DNA of 5,340 nt. Origin: Candidatus Baldrarchaeum yapensis (lineage in GTDB: Archaea; Asgardarchaeota; Baldrarchaeia; Baldrarchaeales; Baldrarchaeaceae). Positions 4,982 to 5,340 of this stretch are shown here, piece after piece. The DNA lies in NCBI GenBank assembly GCA_016840465.1, contig JAEOSH010000078.1:1-5340 (forward strand), written 5' to 3'. The translations under genes were made by a program, and so were the position numbers. How positions within the stretch are numbered: position 1 is the stretch's first letter; each line of letters starts with the position of its first letter. Under the pieces are notes generated by a model. It saw only the letters and a program-made list of their open reading frames with translations, had not been told where the DNA came from and ran no database searches.

Positions 4982-5340
4982 ATGGGATTTAAGAGATACG
5001 TAATAATTAGAGGATTTAATGCTACTGTCACTTTAATTATAATAGCTTTTCTGATTTCTGTTCTCTTTATAGGCACATTAGATCAGATTATCAAAGCACA
5101 GATTCTTGGGGAAGTACAAGCATACGTAAGAGAACATCAAAGAGAATTTGCGGGTATGAGCCCCGAGGAAAGAGAACAAGCTATTAAAGAATATGAAAAC
5201 AGACTTATTAAGAAATATGGGCTGGATCAACCTATTATAATACGAATTTTTATTTACACGTGGAGAATTTTAACCCTTGATTTCGGCAATGCTGTTCGAA
5301 TGAGAACCGCGGCCGGAAGCCAAAAAGTAATGGATATAAT
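4982..5340 (+). CDS. ABC transporter permease, OppB/DppB-type; 3'-truncated by the window edge (alternative starts ATG 4973/4976)
   Basis: Translation MGFKRYVIIRGFNATVTLIIIAFLISVLFIGTLDQIIKAQILGEVQAYVREHQREFAGMSPEEREQAIKEYENRLIKKYGLDQPIIIRIFIYTWRILTLDFGNAVRMRTAAGSQKVMDI is open to the window end. It has an N-terminal TM helix and the DppB/OppB N-domain signature YGLDQP...Y...L.LDFG. SD-like GAGATGA (4970-4976) lies 5 nt before ATG 4982. Confidence 0.9.
   Translation, partial: MGFKRYVIIRGFNATVTLIIIAFLISVLFIGTLDQIIKAQILGEVQAYVREHQREFAGMSPEEREQAIKEYENRLIKKYGLDQPIIIRIFIYTWRILTLDFGNAVRMRTAAGSQKVMDI

Noticed and set aside
1-5340. CRISPR array, tRNA, rRNA gene, integrase or defence genes
   Set aside because: No regularly spaced repeats, cloverleaf or extended rRNA similarity seen (only the short 16S match reported), and coding space is accounted for by the features listed.

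Overview
Archaeal-looking window with every supported gene on the + strand. In order: the 3' part of a phosphomannomutase/phosphoglucomutase gene; an AT-rich spacer with two TATA-like boxes and a possible small structured RNA; a ~915-aa family-5 (DppA/OppA-type) ABC solute-binding protein that appears circularly permuted and is anchored by a C-terminal polyproline linker plus TM helix; an oligo-T terminator; an ~885-bp decayed IS5/IS4-type DDE insertion sequence (10-bp TIRs, transposase reconstructable across about five frameshifts and two stops, not shown as such in the ORF track); and the 5' part of an OppB/DppB-type permease gene running off the window (also absent from the track). A 14-nt exact match to the universal 16S rRNA 1492 region lies just upstream of the permease start. 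All assignments come from manual motif recognition; no searches were run.
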